From: Ostrea edulis
Taxonomy: Eukaryota
Direction: 5' to 3'
Assembly: GCF_947568905.1 (NCBI RefSeq)
Contig: NC_079168.1
Span: forward strand, 62,806,001 to 62,870,000
DNA length: 64,000 nucleotides
The notes under the pieces were generated by a model. That model did no database searches. It was not told the DNA's origin and was given only the letters and a program-made list of their open reading frames with translations. A program made the position numbers and the translations under genes. This document shows positions 62,186 to 64,000 of the stretch, one piece after another (positions within the stretch are counted from its first letter, which is position 1; the number at the start of each line of letters is the position of its first letter).

Positions 62186-64000
62186 TCCTTAAAAAACAGT
62201 TTTATCCTTTTAATTCGTAAAAAGAATTGTGTGATAAGATGTAATTAATTAGTGACTTTATAGTAAAACCAAATTGTTGGTAAACGATCGATGTACGTAT
62301 TTACACAGCTTTTTTATATCATTTATCTTCATGAACAGAATATATTTTCCGTTTTCCAGAAATCCATATCTTATTTTTTATTGAGCAATTTTTACTAAAA
62401 TTCAAGGTGTTCGACTTCGTGCACAAATAATGGAGAAAATTAGTGGTTATAGAAAGTTAGTGTGATTAATTCTACACAATGAGGGCTGTAAAATCATATT
62501 TACTTGTCTAGTTGAATATTAATGAACTAAGTATTATGGAAAATTATTTTACAGTTATAAATCGAATTCACAGGTGAGGCAGCAAAATTGTTAACTATCT
62601 ATTCTTAAGTTATTTACACATGAGATCCACGTGCTCCATCTGACAATCAGCTGATGCTTGCTGCTTTAGAAGTTGGTTATGGCCTTAGGGGGAAAATGTT
62701 TAAAACAAACAGAAATGCAATTCTATGGCGTGTGGTGTCATTTTCGATCTTCTTTATTACAAATTTTCTCGAAAACACACACAAGAAACTATCTATTGTA
62801 GCTATTTAATTCAATTCACGAGTGAAAGTTTGGAAAAAATTCCGGGTTTTTCCACACTAAATAAAATGAACGTACTGTCGACTTCACGTACAAAGTGCTT
62901 GCTTTTATTAAGTGGACAATGAATGTGGAGATTCACGCTAATTTCACTTTAATCACTATGATTTGATGCTAGCACAAATCTATTGTCGCCGTTATCAACG
63001 TTGACAATTTATTTAATTTGAACTATCCACGCAACTTACATAGAATTATCACAAGTAGCGGTTCTTTATCTTTCGCTTAAGGAAACTCGTCGCTTTGCGT
63101 AATGCGTACAATATTAAAGACACTGAAATTAACGAGGTGAAGGAATGGATGTTTAACAATAAGCCATGTAGACTTGATCCAATGGACTTCATAAGATGGA
63201 ACATTTGTTCAAACATCGTTCTTGATATCTTCAGTTGAATATTAAATAAACCCACAAATTATACAAATCATAACTATCGTACAAAGATCAACGGCAATTA
63301 AAGTAGCTCACTACACCAAAGCTTATACTCTGTATGATACCACGTCACAAGATGGCGATTTAAATGTTTTGTGAAATTATTTGTATCGATCGATTTTTTT
63401 GTCTACCATCGTAGCTCATTGGTTAAAGCATTGGGCTGGTGAACCGCAGATCTCGAGTTCAAATCCCCAAGAGCCTTTTGTTCATATGTGTGGAAATATA
63501 TTCTTTGAAAATCATGTTTTTATCCAAATATGTATATTTTTTGGGTTTTTTTTGGCATATATGTTTATTGTATATCATTATACTTATTGTATATCATATC
63601 TTTTATAATTAAATCAATTCGTACTGATTTGAGAAACTATTTCTGGGTGTAGTGAGCCACCTTAATATCAATATTATTTATTCCACAAATTACCAATGAT
63701 TTGAAAATTAAAAAAAACAAGAAATCAACCTATTCAAACAATTCACAATTGCTCGTGGAAAATAGATCTTCATACTTTAAATAATCAATATTGTAATAGT
63801 ATTTTGCCAGAAAAAATGACTGTGCATTATATCCATAGAATAGAATTTCCTACTCCGTGTGGTGCCGTGAAAAAGTACCGGGACATTCAGTTGACACGTC
63901 GTCTTAAATGGAGGGCTTTTAGAGAAACCGCAACTTCAAAGGTGCCGACTATTGATCACAACGCCGTTATCTTATGCATATTTAGGAATCGAGTAATATA

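Overview
AT-rich eukaryotic DNA with GT-AG introns, most likely from an oyster (inferred from a poly-Ala/Gly shell-matrix-type gene and bivalve-like repeat families). The dominant feature is a three-level transposon nest. (1) A 19.2-kb Polinton/Maverick-derived element (32160-51362) has AGTAGT termini, a 6-bp CATGTA target-site duplication (TSD) and ~1.55-kb terminal inverted repeats (TIRs). It has lost PolB, integrase, ATPase, protease and major capsid, but keeps three intact tandem genes: a C2H2 protein, a penton-like protein, and a 52-aa basic protein missed by the ORF track. (2) An 11-kb AcademH transposon (33480-44435; 539-bp TIRs, 9-bp TSD; RecQ-like helicase plus Academ transposase) sits inside the Polinton's left TIR. 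(3) An intact Tc1 (DD34E) sits inside the AcademH helicase exon. Outside the nest are a decayed ISL2EU-like element (THAP-DDE plus SAP-SWIM-YqaJ), a secreted poly-Ala/Gly Shelk2-like gene with a relic paralogue, a small myristoylation-motif coiled-coil gene with possible distant 3' exons across the nest, and many SINEs, Penelope-like fragments, MITEs and palindromes. All assignments come from reading motifs by eye; no database searches were run.
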